Source of the DNA: Octopus vulgaris
Taxonomy: Eukaryota
Reading direction: 5' to 3'
Length of the DNA stretch: 64,000 nucleotides
NCBI GenBank assembly: GCA_951406725.2
Contig: OX597840.1
Span: 23,436,001-23,500,000 of the forward strand
Below the pieces are notes generated by a model. The model did no database searches, was not told the DNA's origin, and saw nothing but the letters and a program-made list of their open reading frames with translations. This document shows, piece by piece, positions 1 through 13,232 of this stretch (position 1 is its first letter; every line of letters starts with the position of its first letter). The translations under genes and the position numbers were made by a program.

Positions 1-364
1 CACTTGAATTACTGAAACGAAAACGCAATATCGTATACAGACGAAATGAAAGGGCTTTGAATTGAAACTCTAGAAAGTACCTAATTTGACCAAAAATAAA
101 TATAAAAACCCGTTTATATAATCATTTACTCGAAAATTAGTAGTGAAGAAATAAAAAAATGGTAAAAATATATCGACACGACATATAAAATGAAGGCTGA
201 TCGCTGTTGTTTAAAAACTATCGCCTTGTAAAATTTAGTTTACTCAAATCAGTCACCAATAATTTAATTTTCCATGCTTGAAGCATTATAAACATTTTTA
301 TGTCCATTAAAATATATAGACATTATAATAATAATAATCAAATATCACTGAGAATGGTTTTAAG

Positions 365-2171
365 GGTTAAACTAAAGCGTTACGCCATTCAGAGAATCAA
401 AAAAAAAAATGTGTGTAATATGTGTAAAACAACTTGCTCTAAACGAATATGACAAAAAAATGCGCTCTCGCGAAAGAGGGGTGGGGGAGAGGCCTCGGAA
501 AATTTATATCGGGAATTTCCGAAAGCGTCTGAACCGGGCACAAAAACAAAAACAAAAACAGCGTAATAGGTGTAAAACAACTTGCTCTAAACGACTATCA
601 TGAAAAAAATGCGCGCTCGCGAAAGGGGGTGGGGGAGAGGCTTCGGAAATTTCACATCTTCAGTCCACGGCCTTTAAACTAAGAAAAAATAGTGTAATTG
701 GTGTAAAACTACTTGTTCTAAACGAGTATCAAGAACACACACTCACACATGAATCATAAACTACGTATTTTTGTACATATTTCACAAAAAAAAAAATAAA
801 GAGAAGAAATTCTGGAAAAATTGAAGAAATGTTGGATCTCCGCCATGTGAATCAAAATACGTGTCAGAAACATCTTGAAATACTACAGAAATTATGTTAC
901 GAAAATGATAATGTATACATACCTCTTTGAGTGGTCCATCGACAGTGTTGATAAAGAAATGAGACGGGTTGCGTTTGGAGGAAAAAATTATCTCGGGCCA
1001 GGATAAAGACTTGCTGCCAATAAGAATACGTGTATTCTCTTGGCAGCAGGTTTGATGCTTTCCATAAATAGGCACTTGGCGAGGTATTGTTTTAAGTAAC
1101 AGGCACGAATGCCTGGGCGAACAACCGATCTCGTAACTGACCCCCACAATCTCTCTATCGTCTGTGTGTGCACCGACGCGTTTGTCGGATCAACAAAGTT
1201 TTCACTGTGGTTGATGCGGAAGTGGGTATACCCGAGATTTCCAAGAGAGTTATACGCAGCCCAAGAATCGCTATATACTACCGACCCTTGGCGTATATAT
1301 CGGTTGTTTACAAGTGCCATTCTCTATCATACAACTTAACGCTTGTGTATCTACGACTGAAATGAATAAGAACTTGTTCTGTACCAAGGAGCGGGAAATC
1401 CTCCACACCAGAAGATGGGATGAGTAAACACTGGTCAATGAAAGGTCAGTCTTTTGTCTAAAAACAGTTGTTTACAAGACGATTGTTGGTACCAAGTTCT
1501 ATTCAAGTCCAGGCCCATAAGGACATTTGATAAGATAATTTTTTCCTCCAAACGCAACCTATCTCATTTCTTTATCATCACTGTCGATGGACCACTCAAA
1601 GAGGTATGTATACATTATCATTTTCGTAACATAATTTCTGTAGTATTTCAAGATGTTTCTGACACGTATTTTGATTCACATGGCGGAGATCCAACATTTC
1701 TTCACTTTTTCCAGAATTTCTTCTCTTTATTTTTTTTTTTGCGAAATATGTACAAAAATATGGAGTTTATGATTCATGTGTGAGTGTGTGTTCTTGATAC
1801 TCGTTTAGAACAAGTAGTTTTACACCAATTACACTATTTTTTCTTAGTTTAAAGGCCGTGGACTGAAGATGTGAAATTTCCGAAGCCTCTCCCCCACCTC
1901 ACTTTCGCGAGCGCGCATTTTTTTTATCATATTCGTTTAGAGCAAGTTGTTTTACACATATTACACTATTTATTTTTTTGTTTTGGTGCCCAGGTCAGCC
2001 CCTCAGACGCTTTCGGAAATTCCCGATGTGAATTTTCCGAGGCCTCTCCTCCACCCCCCTTTCGCGTGCGGGCATTTTTTTTTTTTCATATTCGTTCATA
2101 GGAAGTTGTTTTACACCTATTACACACATTTTTTTTTGATTCTCTGAATGGCGTAACACTTTAGTTTAACC
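365..2171 (-). mobile_element. Merlin (IS1016/IS1595-like) DNA transposon, internally deleted, with very long inverted repeats
   Basis: Termini GGTTAAACTAAAG(C/T)GTTACGCCATTCAGAGAATC are inverted at 365 and 2171. The inverted arms extend ~365-990 / ~1535-2171. 8-bp TSD GTTTTAAG at 357-364 and 2172-2179. The paralogous site near 23170-23200 has a single GTTTTAAG (empty site). GG termini with an 8-bp TSD are Merlin hallmarks. Confidence 0.92.
988..1320 (-). pseudogene. C-terminal fragment of a Merlin/ISXO2-like DDE transposase
   Basis: IRQGSVVYSDSWAAYNSL...THFRINHSENFVDP...VHTQTIERLW matches the IS1595/ISXO2 transposase motifs (SD.W.AY, NHS..FVDP, HTQ.IE..W). The N-terminal half is missing. 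Confidence 0.88.
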
Positions 2172-2564
2172 GTTTTAAGTGTGGTTTCACATTTTTATAA
2201 TTAGGAAATACAAAACCGAATTAAGAGGAAGCATTATCTTAATTGAGTCATTTGTCGTTTAAAAAAAGAACATAATAAATCCCTGCTATTTCTAGCATGC
2301 AAAGTGACTGCATACAGCATGGGTTACCTTTGAGTTTGTTCACTCTTTTCAACAAACTCGCCTCCACACACACACACTCTTGACCCATTTTGGCCCTTCT
2401 TTTCTCCAGACTGATTCTGGCACTCGAAAAACAGGGGAGAAACCCTTTCGGTTAAGAAAAACAATTTTACCTTTTCAGAGGAGAAAGTGTTTGATATAAG
2501 GGCAATTTAGCTTCACCAACTGAAAGAGTGCAAATGAAAGGTAGTTTGGAATCTGCTACAGTGG

Positions 2565-2785
2565 CATCAGCTTAACGCAACACAAACGTATTAATTTAGA
2601 GGAGAAACCATATCACTGTAATATCTGTGGTAAGTCATTCTATCAAAGAGGTAACTTCACTACTCACACAAGAGTTCATGGAGGGGAGAAGCCATATCAC
2701 TGTGACATCATTGGTGAATCATTCCCTGTTAGTATTTGCCTAACTAGACCCAAGCATACTCAGACACTGGAGAAAACACCCTTCA
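2565..2785 (+). pseudogene. Degenerate ~2.5-finger C2H2 relic in the intron of gene A1
   Basis: [37 protein letters not shown]...; closely resembles the last fingers of A4 (24840-25030). Confidence 0.75.
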
Positions 2786-2853
2786 GATGAAAACATCAGC
2801 TGTCTAGTATCATTGACATGTATATTGGTATGTGTGTGTGGCTAGGACAGACT

Positions 2854-3150
2854 TAATGTCCAGGAGATGTTGTTATAAGAGATGTGTCTACTCCCTGATA
2901 CAAGCCTCTTGAAAATAGATGGGATAAATATAATAGTTCAGATGAAGGATTACTTCTACAATTTATGAAAACAGAATTGTCGTAAATTTGCACTTTTGAC
3001 AGAATTAATGTCCAGGAGGTGTTATTACGATAGATATGTCTGTGATATAAACCTCTTGAAAATAGAGAGATGGAATAAATTTAATAGTTCAGATAAAGAA
3101 TTACTTCTACAATTTATGAAAACGGAATTGTCGTAAATTTGCACTTTTGA
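2854..3150. repeat. Two-copy ~150-bp tandem duplication just upstream of the A1 splice acceptor
   Basis: ttaatgtccaggag...gtcgtaaatttgcacttttga occurs at ~2854-2999 and ~3006-3150. Confidence 0.8.
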
Positions 3151-3280
3151 ATATCTGCCTTTTAAACATATTTGATGTCTTATATTATTTTTTCTATTCT
3201 TTCAGAAAATCACATGAAATATTATTGAAAAGTTGTTGATCTGTACAACTTGAAGGATTGATTTAATTTTTCTTGAAGAG

Positions 3281-4573
3281 ATGTCGGAAGAATTAAGAAA
3301 ATCATCATATGACTGTGACATCTGCAAAGAGTCATTCTTAGAAGAAAGTAAATTCAATCAACACAAACAAATTCATGCAGGGGAACAACAATATCACTGT
3401 GATATCTGTGGTAAATCATTCTTAAATGGCAGTCACTTAACTCGGCACAAACGTATTCATACAGGAGAGAAACCATATCACTGTGATATCTGTGGTAAAT
3501 CTTTCCCTGAAAACTGTAACTTAACTAAACACAAGCGTATTCATACAGGGGAGAAACCATTTCCTTGTGATATATGTGGTAAATCTTTCCCTGAAAACAG
3601 TGGCTTGACTAAACACAGGCGTATTCATACAGGGGAGAAGCCATATTCCTGTGATATCTGTTGTAAATCATTCTCCAATGACAGTCACTTAACTCGACAC
3701 ATACGTACTCATACAGGAGAAAGACCTTATCCCTGCGATAGCTGTAGTAAATCATTTTCTGATGACAGCAGCTTAACTAAACATAAGCGTATTCATACAG
3801 GGGAGAAACCATTTCCTTGTGATATCTGTGGTAAATCTTTCACTGAAAACAGTGGCTTAACCAAACACAAACGGATTCATACAGGGGAGAAGCCATATAC
3901 CTGTAGTATCTGTGGTAAATCATTCTCTCATGACAGTCACTTAATTCGACACATACGTATTCACACAGGAGAGAAGCCTTATCCCTGTGATATCTGTAGT
4001 AAATCATTTTCTGATGACAGTAGCTTAATTAAGCACAAACGTATCCATACAGGGGAGAAACCATATCGATGTGATTTATGTGGTAAATCTTTCACTGAAA
4101 AGAGTGGCTTAACTAAACACAAGCGTATTCATACAGGTGAGAAACGATTTCACTCTGATATCTCTGGTGAATCATTCTCTCATAGCTTAGATATTTACAA
4201 ACAAATCCATACAGGGGACAAAGAATACCACTGTGATATCTGTGGCAAATCATTCAGTCAGGCAGTTTACTTAACCAGACACAAGCGTATTCATACAGGT
4301 GAGCAACCATATCGCTGTGATATCTGTGGCAAATCATTCAGTCAGACAGCTAACTTAACGACACACAAACGTGTTCATACAGGTGAGCAACCATATCACT
4401 GCGATATCTGTGGCAAGTCGTTTTCTAAAAAGGGTATCTTAAGTACACACATACTTACTCATACTGGGCTAAAACCATATCATTGTGATATCTGCAGTAA
4501 ATCATTCACACAAAAACATCACTTAATTAGACACAAGTGTATTTGTTATGCAAAGGACCCAATTGTTGTATAA
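3281..4573 (+). CDS. C2H2 zinc-finger protein A1 (15 finger units: one degenerate, last C2HC-type)
   Basis: 430-aa ORF of 28-aa CxxC-12-HxxxH repeats with TGEKP linkers. Acceptor tttcAG at 3204-3205. No effector domain seen. Confidence 0.93.
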   Translation: MSEELRKSSYDCDICKESFLEESKFNQHKQIHAGEQQYHCDICGKSFLNGSHLTRHKRIHTGEKPYHCDICGKSFPENCNLTKHKRIHTGEKPFPCDICGKSFPENSGLTKHRRIHTGEKPYSCDICCKSFSNDSHLTRHIRTHTGERPYPCDSCSKSFSDDSSLTKHKRIHTGEKPFPCDICGKSFTENSGLTKHKRIHTGEKPYTCSICGKSFSHDSHLIRHIRIHTGEKPYPCDICSKSFSDDSSLIKHKRIHTGEKPYRCDLCGKSFTEKSGLTKHKRIHTGEKRFHSDISGESFSHSLDIYKQIHTGDKEYHCDICGKSFSQAVYLTRHKRIHTGEQPYRCDICGKSFSQTANLTTHKRVHTGEQPYHCDICGKSFSKKGILSTHILTHTGLKPYHCDICSKSFTQKHHLIRHKCICYAKDPIVV

Positions 4574-5384
4574 CATTCCTTCAGAAGGACAAGCTTGTAC
4601 CTCAGGAAAATCTCTACACATGATTGAAACTATATTATAAAGACATCCACAGAATACAGAAACTATATGAATGTGACATCTATGGTAAATCTTTGACATG
4701 AAATCATCCATTATTGAATCAAGAGAGCATTGACAGAGGAAGGAAAACCTATCACTGTGATGTTAAACCTGAATCATTCTTTCAAAATGGTGAATTGTTT
4801 GTACACAGTCCTATTAATATGAAAGATATAACTGTAACCTAAGCTATTCGTGCTAAATCAATCTACGAAAATGAATCAATTATTGAAATGTAAATGCATT
4901 CATACAGAAGAGGAACACGATGATGATGATCCTCATCATTTAACATTCTCCTATTCATGCTTCTGTGGATCAGATGGAATTCATTGATGCAGATTTTCTA
5001 CATCTGGGTCCCTTTCTTGTGACCAATCCCCACCTGTTTCCAAGCAAGGAAATATTTTCCCTTGTGAGACATATTTTACGCAGAAGACTGGAAGTGTACA
5101 ACTGCACAAGTATGACGGTCATGATGGCCCTTTACGAACATCACATAATATCTGGACAAGGGTACACACACACACACATATGTATGTCTGAAGAATTTTT
5201 TATAGGAAATATCTTACATGTTCTCTACGCATCTAAAAGTTTATAATTCCTATTAGGAAATGAAACATATGTAATGCTGAATAAATAATATCAAACGTTT
5301 CTCCGGTCTCCTTATGTGTTATGTAATTATCTTGCAAAAAATATTATCCAAACCTCCCGCAAAAATGATACACACATACATACA

Positions 5385-5665
5385 CATATCTCTTTACTCT
5401 CTTACTTGTTTCGGTCATTTGATTGTGGCCATGCTGGAGCACCACCTTTAGTCAAGCAAATCGACCTCAGAACTTTACTTTTAAGCCTAATACTTATTCT
5501 ATCGGTCTCTTTTGCAGAACCGCTAAGTTACGTGGACATAAACATACCAGCATCAGTTGTCAAGTGATGTTTGGGGGGACAAACACAGAAACATATACAT
5601 ATATACAACCCACTTCTTTTTAGTTTCCATCTACCAAATCCACTCACAAGGCTTTGGTCGGCCTG
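5385..5665 (-). mobile_element. tRNA-derived SINE (family 1), partial
   Basis: Reverse complement of the body and tail of the copy at 26430-26790 (ccaaatccactcacaaggctttggtcggc; gcggccatgctggagcacc-type tail). Confidence 0.75.
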
Positions 5666-5700
5666 ACACACAAGCTGGTTATCATATATATATATATGTA

Positions 5701-7162
5701 TAGATCAGGCAATGAAGGTCATGGAAAGGGTCATAGCCTAACTAATTAGGGAGTCAGTTTAGAGGAGATTCAGTTTGGGTTTGTGCCAGGGAAAAGCACC
5801 ACTGATGCTATATTTCTGGTAAGACAGCTGCAGGAGAAACACCTAGCCAAAGATGAACCTCTGTACCTGGCTTTCGTTGACATGGAGAAAGCCTTTGACA
5901 GGGTCCCCTGATCCCTTATCTGGTTGTCAATGAGGAAACTAGGGAAAGATGAATGGTTAGTGAGAGCTGTTTAAGCCATTTACAAGGACACTGTCAGTAA
6001 GGTGAGGGTTGGCAACGAGTGCAGTGAAGAATTCCGGGTAGAGGTAGGGGTCCACTAAGGTTCAGTCCTTAGCCCCCTCCTATTTATCATAGTCCTCCAG
6101 GCAATAACAGAGTAATTCAAGACAGGATGTCCCTGGGCAAAGTTCAGACTGCTCTTACCTCTGCTGGTGATAAAGGGCCTCTCGCTCGGAGTAAAAGATG
6201 TCTGACACGTGTACGAACAGCCATGCTACATGGCAGTGAAACATGGGCGGTGACTGCTGAGGACATGCGTAAGCTCACAAGGAATGAAGCCAGTATGCTC
6301 CGATGGATGTGTAATGTCAGTGTACATACTCGACAGAATGTAAGTGCCTTGAGAGGAAAGTTGGACCCAAGAAGCATCAGATGTAGTGTGCAAGAGTGAC
6401 AACTGAGCCGGTATGGTCATGTGGCAAGAATGGATTAGGATAGCTGTGTGAAAAAGTGCCACACCCTAGCGGTTGAGGGAACCTGTGGAAGAAGTAAACC
6501 CAGGAAGACCTGGGATGAAGTGGTGAAGCATGACCTTCGAATATTAGGTCTCACCAAAACAATGACTAGTGACCGAGATGTGCTTGAGAAGACCCGGCAA
6601 GCCAAATGAGACCAGAACCTTGTGGCCTATGCCAGGGGTGTAACCAGCCCACTTATGTATACCTTTCCTTCATTGGACACTAAACTCTGCTTGCAAAGAC
6701 CTGTTGAGGCAAGTGAAATCGAATTCGATGACTGGCATCTGTGCTAGTGGAGCGCTAAGAGTACCATACGAGTGTGATCGTTGCCAGAGCAGACAATCGG
6801 TTTCCATGCCGGTGGCACGTAAAAAGCACCATTCAAGCATGATTGTTACCAGCGTTGCCTTACTGGCACTTGTTCTGGTGGCACGTGAAAAAGCATTCGA
6901 ATGAGGTTGTTGCCAGTGCCGCTGCACCGGCTCCTGTGCAGGTGGCACATAAAAAAAAGGACCACTTGAGTGTTGCCGGTGTCATGTAAAAGCACCCACT
7001 ACACTCTCGGAGTGGTTGGCGTTAGGAAGGGCATCCAGCTGTAGAAGCTCTGCCAGATCAAGATTGGTGCCCGTACAGCCATCTGGTTTGCCAGTCCTCA
7101 GTCAAATTGTCCAACCTATGCTAGCATGGAAAGCGGACGTTAAGCGATGATGATGATGATGA
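5701..7162 (+). mobile_element. RTE-clade LINE, 5'-truncated, decayed RT plus 3' UTR and (GAT)n tail
   Basis: Translates to QFGFVPGKSTTDAIFLVRQLQEKH...AFVDMEKAFDRVP, GVH*GSVLSPLLFIIVL, MLHGSETWAV, MLRWMC. It contains stops and an internal deletion, and ends ggacgttaagcGATGATGATGATGAT. Confidence 0.9.
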
Positions 7163-7249
7163 CAACATAAAAATTATAATGATGAAGAAGACTAAGGAAT
7201 ATGAGGGAGGTAGGGGGGATCTTTTCATTTGGCAGTTGCTTTCCAATTG

Positions 7250-7533
7250 GAGTTAGTTCCCCTTGTTCATAGTTAATTCTTCCTCCTGTTTCTCACGCAC
7301 CTTGAGTGTTTGATCAGTTCCACTTTACGACTGATATTTAAGAGAAAATCCAATCAAATATATACAAATGATTGGTAATTAAATGTCTAAAGAAGCAGAT
7401 GCAGCATTTTTTTATTATGTGGACCTACAAAATATGAAGTAACGTTCGTTGGAAAAAGGAAGAAATTCTCTTGAAGCTGTCAGTGTCCGCTCTGACTCGT
7501 CGACTCTCTCTTTATATCAATTACTATGTAAGT
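7250..7533 (+). promoter_or_regulatory. Putative promoter and non-coding exon 1 of A2
   Basis: Block agttagttcccc...CCAATCA...TGATTGG (inverted CCAAT pair) followed by a GTAAGT donor at 7528. It is conserved upstream of A3 and A4. Confidence 0.5.
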
Positions 7534-10350
7534 ATTATAAAGACATTTCTATTGTATTAAGTATCATATTACGTACATCTGTTTGTTTCCATGTGTTGAA
7601 TAAGTGAAAAGAAAGAATCTCACCAAAGAAAGACGAAATTATATGAAAGTAAGGCTGTTCTTTTAATACTTTCATTGTGTTATCCCTTCTCTTTTAGATA
7701 TTTCATCGCACTTGTGTCTACGCCTTCCGGATCGCCGTTATATCCTATATTTCTTAATGTCAGATTAATACCTCGTTTAGATAAAATTCCTCTTTCTTTT
7801 TGACATGTAAATTGGACAATTTAGTTAAATGCGGGAAAATTACGATGTAATTTGTAAGAAAAGTTGGGGTATGTATAAAAGTACGAGTCTGCACTTGAAT
7901 TACTGAAACGAAAAGCAAATATAGTTTACAGACGAAATGAAAGGGCTTTGAATTGAAACACTAGAAAGTACCTAATTTGACCAAAAATAAATATAAAAAC
8001 CCGTTTATATAATATTTTATTCGAAAATTAGTAGTGAAGATATTAAAAAAAAATATCGACACGACATATAAAATGAAGGCTGATGGCCATTGTTTAAAAG
8101 CTATCGCCTTGTGAAATTTTACAAGGTCTTTGGTTGGGGACAAGGAAAAAGTGCGTGATTTAAGGGAGATTTGGCTGTTGTTTCTAGTACGTGCAGGACC
8201 ACCCTCGTTTTACTTTGAAATGTCTATTGATGTTTTTCAATATTACGCCCCATTAAAAGTACTTACACTAAAAAGAACAAGAGAAAAATTAAAAGGCGGA
8301 CCGTCACCATAACCTCATTTCGTTTCTTTTCGTTTTTTAGCAACCCACATTTTCGGGTAAGGAGATACCGAACGTGTAAAAAAAAATTTGCCTTTCACCT
8401 CTCCAAATTCATTTTCACTCTTTTCGGAATCTTTTGGGGTTTTTTTTTTGTAAAATACGTGGAAAAATGCTGAGATTATGTTTCGTTTTTGGATTTGGTT
8501 TGCAAGATTCTTTATATGAGTTCGTGTGTTGAAGCATATTTTAGTGTGTCTGGGGGAGAATCACTTTCTTTTTGTGCCTTATAATTTAACACACTCACCA
8601 GTAAAATTTCCCCTTATTTTCATTTTCCTAAAATTTTCGTTGCCTCTTTTAACTTTTTCATTAGACTTGATTATGATTCTGAAGCAAATTCAATTTTCAA
8701 AAAAAGAAAACGAAAATAATATCCCCCCCCACCTTGCCAAAGCAGGGCAGCATATACAGGGTGTTTTTTAGACTCTTCCCGTTATTACGCATGCGTAGAT
8801 GTTTTCTATCTGTGCATTAAATCGGCTTTGAAGCAGCTTCTCCTCATGCTAGAAATAATAGCCAAATACCCGACAAACTCTACATACTTTGTAGGCAATC
8901 CTACACAATTGTACCCCATCGACTTCGTGAAATTTGTGCTCCTTATGAAACTTTATCGCATTAATTATTAAGCATTAATGTTTTGTTTCTCATAAAATGG
9001 TGTATATTTAATTTACATTAAATTATTATTTAAGGCAAACACAACCCGCAAATTCTTGTCAATTTAATTTCGATTTGCATATGTTCGTCAATTCGCTACG
9101 TTCTCTCTAAAGGAAATAAAATCAAAAATTTAAATTGGTGGGGATGAAATTATTTTTATTTTATTATTATTATTATTTATTTTGTGTATTCGTAATTTCC
9201 GACATCTACAACGTAGGAATTCGCGAAAATGTTTTCGAAATAATGCATTTTTCAACGAGTGATTCCAAAACTGCATTAGCCCCGTTTCAGGATCTAGTTT
9301 AGCACAGAGTCAGCAAAACGATTTAAAAAAAAAATCTACCTGGAAAAAACACGGAGATTAAGAATATGGGGAAACAAAAACAAATTTTAATTGAAAATGG
9401 AAAACTCCAAACTTGATCCCCCTCTCTTCCTCGCCACACCATCCTTGTTTTGTCCGTTTCTGAATGCGTAGATTTATAGTGAAACAGCAAAAGGATCACG
9501 GAATGTGAAGCCCTCATCACGAAACTCGATATACATCAGAAATTCCCCAAGAAAGAGTTTGACGGTGCTAATCAGACATCAAGGTATTCGTTCTTTACTG
9601 AATTTTCTTCATGTTTAATGTTCCACAAAATATTGACAGTAAACTGCCCATATCCAAACCTGTGTTGATGTGATAGAAGACTGAAATGAAAACATCAGAT
9701 GTCTAGCATCACTAACATGTATATTGTTGTGTGTGTGTGTCTGGGAGTTGTTATTATAATACATGTGTCCACTCTATGATAGAAACTTCTTAAAAATGGT
9801 GAGATCGGATAAGTTCAATACTTCTACAATTTAACAAAATAGAAGTGTTATAAATTCGAACTTTTGAATATCTGCCTTTTAAACATACTTGATGTCTTAT
9901 ATTATTTTTTCTATTCTTTCAGAAAATCCCATGAAATTGGCTAAAAAGTATTTTTTACTTTTAAAGAATCATCAATATGAATCATGTTTGAAAGACTCTG
10001 CAAAGATATTCTACAAACATATAATCATGCTTCAAGAAAACATTGCTGAATTACAGTAAAATATTTCCTCTGAGAGAGAAAGCATTTCTTTACTTCTGTG
10101 TCTGAAATGTGCAAGAGATAATTTTCTCTTTTAAATATACTTTGATAGATTTACAAAAATATTTGTAACATTTTTAAATATTGGCAATGATCACATTTTG
10201 AAGAAATATAAGAGAAGTGATATTTGTTTGGAATAAACTATAAAAGCAAAAAGAAGAAAAATATCCATAAATTTTGGTGAGAGGAGAGAAATGATTGAAA
10301 ATTTGTTGATCTGTACAACTTGAAGGATTAATTTTATTTTTCTTGAAGAG

Positions 10351-11556
10351 ATGTCGGAAGAATTAAGAAAATCATCATATGATTGTGACATCTGCAAAGA
10401 GTCGTTCTTAGAAGAAAGTAAATTCAATCAACACAAACAAATTCATAAAGGGGAGAAACCATATCACTGTACTGTCTGTGGTAAATCATTGTCTGACAGG
10501 AGTAGCTTTGCTCGTCACAAACGTATTCATACAGGGGAGAAGCCTTATCACTGTAGTATCTGTGGTAAATCATTCTCGAATGACGGTCACTTAGCTCAAC
10601 ACAAACGTACTCATACAGGAGAGAGACCTTATCCCTGTGATATCTGTGGTGAATCCTTCTCTGCTAGCAGTAGCTTAACTCGTCATAAACGTATTCATAC
10701 AGGAGAGAAACCATTTCCTTGTGATGTATGTGGTAAATCTTTCCCTGAAAACTGTAGCTTAACTCAACACAAACGTATTCATACAGGGGAGAAGCCATAT
10801 CATTGTAGTATCTGTGGTAAATCATTCACTAATGACAGTCACTTAATTCGACATATACGTATCCATACAGGAGAGAAACCTTATCCCTGCGACATCTGTG
10901 GTGAATCGTTCTCTGTTGGCAGTAGCTTAACTCGTCATAAACGTATCCATACAGGAGAGAAACCATTTTCTTGTGATGTGTGTGGTAAATCTTTCACTGA
11001 AAAGAGTGGCTTAACTAAACACAAACGTATTCATACAGGGGAGAAACCATATCCCTGTGATATCTGTGGTGAATCATTCTCTCGTAGTTATAGCTTAGAT
11101 ATTCACAAACAAATCCATACAGGTGACAAAAAATACCACTGTGATACCTGTGGTAAATCATTTTCTACTGGCAGTAGATTAACTACACACAAACTAATTC
11201 ATTTAGGGGAGAAGCCATATCACTGTGATATCTGTGGCAAATCATTCAGTCAGACAGGTAATTTAACTAGACACAAACGCATTCATACAGGTGAACAACC
11301 ATATCGCTGTGATACCTGTGGTAAATCTTTCAGTCAGGCAGGTAACTTAGCTACACACAAACGTATTCATACAGGTGAGCAACCATATGATTGCGATATC
11401 TGTGGCAAATTATTCTCTGAAAAGGGTATTTTAACGACACACAAACTTATTCATACTGGTGTAAAGCCATATCATTGTGATATCTGCAGTAAATTATTCT
11501 CACAAAAACATCAATTAATTAAACACAAGTGCACTTGTTATGCAAATGATCCGTAG
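10351..11556 (+). CDS. C2H2 zinc-finger protein A2 (14 fingers)
   Basis: Intact 401-aa finger array; acceptor AG at 9921-9922. Confidence 0.93.
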   Translation: MSEELRKSSYDCDICKESFLEESKFNQHKQIHKGEKPYHCTVCGKSLSDRSSFARHKRIHTGEKPYHCSICGKSFSNDGHLAQHKRTHTGERPYPCDICGESFSASSSLTRHKRIHTGEKPFPCDVCGKSFPENCSLTQHKRIHTGEKPYHCSICGKSFTNDSHLIRHIRIHTGEKPYPCDICGESFSVGSSLTRHKRIHTGEKPFSCDVCGKSFTEKSGLTKHKRIHTGEKPYPCDICGESFSRSYSLDIHKQIHTGDKKYHCDTCGKSFSTGSRLTTHKLIHLGEKPYHCDICGKSFSQTGNLTRHKRIHTGEQPYRCDTCGKSFSQAGNLATHKRIHTGEQPYDCDICGKLFSEKGILTTHKLIHTGVKPYHCDICSKLFSQKHQLIKHKCTCYANDP

Positions 11557-13149
11557 CGCAATGACATTTCTTGTATAACATTCCCCGAGGAAAACCTTTA
11601 GACTTGATTGAAACGATGTTATGAATGTGACATCGATAGCAAATCTTTCATCTCAGATCATCCATCATTGAATCAAAAGAGCATTGACAGAGGAAGGAAA
11701 ACATATCACTGTGATGTTAAACCTGAATCATTCTTTCAAAATGGTGAATTAATTATACACAGTCCTATTAATATGAAGGATATAACTGTAACCTAAGCTA
11801 TTCGTGCTAAATCAATCTATGAAAGTGATCAATTATTGAAATGTAAATGCATTCATACAGAAGAGGAACCACGATGATGGTGATCCTCATCATTTAACAT
11901 CCTCCTATTCATGCTTCTGTGGATGAGATGGAATTCATTGATGGAGATTTTCTTCAGCTAGATGCTTTCCTTTCACCAACCTGTTTCTAGGTAAGGACAT
12001 ATTTTCCCTGGTGAGACATATTTGACTCAGAAGACTGGAAATGAACAACTGCACAAGTATGACGGTCATGATGTCCATTTACGAGCATAATATACAATCT
12101 GGACAAGGGTACACACACACTCACTGACACACATGTTCAAAGATTTACTTGTTTTCTCTACATGTAAAAGTTTGTGATTCCTATTAGGAAATGAAACACA
12201 TGTAATGCTGAATAAATAATATCAAACTTTTCTCCAGTCTCTTTATGTGATATGTAATTACCTTGCAAAAAATATTATCCAAACCTCCCACAAAAATAAT
12301 ACACACACACCCACACACACAGATGTGGTGGTGAGTGCATAGTGAAAACGGTTTTGTCTTTTCATTGAAATAAATTTTTGTAACACCTACAAATTGAAAT
12401 GTGTATTGGCTCTGACCCATCACCTTGACTTGTAAGTTACCAATGATGTGGTTTTCAGTGTCTGCCATGTTCCTTTAATTTTTTACTCACATGAAATTGT
12501 GACTCCTATATTTTACTATACAATTTTTGTTTTCTAGAAGAAAAATTTGACTATTTCAATTTCAAAATGTAATTTTATTTGTTTATGGTCAAAATGGAAA
12601 AATAAGAGTGAATATTTATTTTATGAGAGCTGAGTGTATAAAATTGTGCATAAAATATATAAGCTATATGAAGTGCATTGAGTCATTATTACATTCCAAT
12701 TTCCTTCACTTTTCAATGAATAACAGATGGGTGACTATCTTTTGATACAGACACAACACAGACTACACTTTCGAGGTTTTAGATAAAGTTTTCAGAAATA
12801 ACCGAATAGGTTTGCTATTAATTTCATGAAATATTCACGGGTCCCACTAGTTTAAGAGCATCATGTGGTCAGCTGAAGGTAGAGGTGAAGAATGAGAGGA
12901 AATGTGGGAGGGAGAAGTGTTAATGATATGTGGTGTGGTGAGGAAGGAATACTTATTATTTGGTTAACAGGTTAGCTGAAGGGAAAAATGAAGAGAAAGA
13001 GATATGTTTAGGATACATTATTTGTGAGAGAGTGAGGTTAAAGAGAAGGAGATAGAAAGAGATGGACGGTGGAGGCAGATAGGGTTTGTATTGTTAAAAG
13101 TTGATATAATCAAAAGACCTGAAATGAAACAAGTTTTGTACCTGGAACT

Positions 13150-13150
13150 T

Positions 13151-13188
<38 letters not shown>

Positions 13189-13232
13189 GGCGGCGGTGGC
13201 GGTGGTGGCGGTGGCGGTGGTGGTGGTGGTGG
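13150..13232. repeat. Compound (GTA)n(GTG)n/(GCGGTG)n microsatellite
   Basis: Seen directly; much shorter at the paralogous site near 21400. Confidence 0.95.

Noticed and set aside
782-1783. Two similar ORFs (782-1147 minus, 1454-1783 plus) resembling a gene pair
   Set aside because: They are read-outs of the two inverted arms of the Merlin element and have no recognisable domain.
3281-3330. KRAB/SCAN/ZAD/SET effector domain on the ZNF genes
   Set aside because: The N-termini are only 9-33 aa before the first finger, and no such motif was seen in upstream exons.
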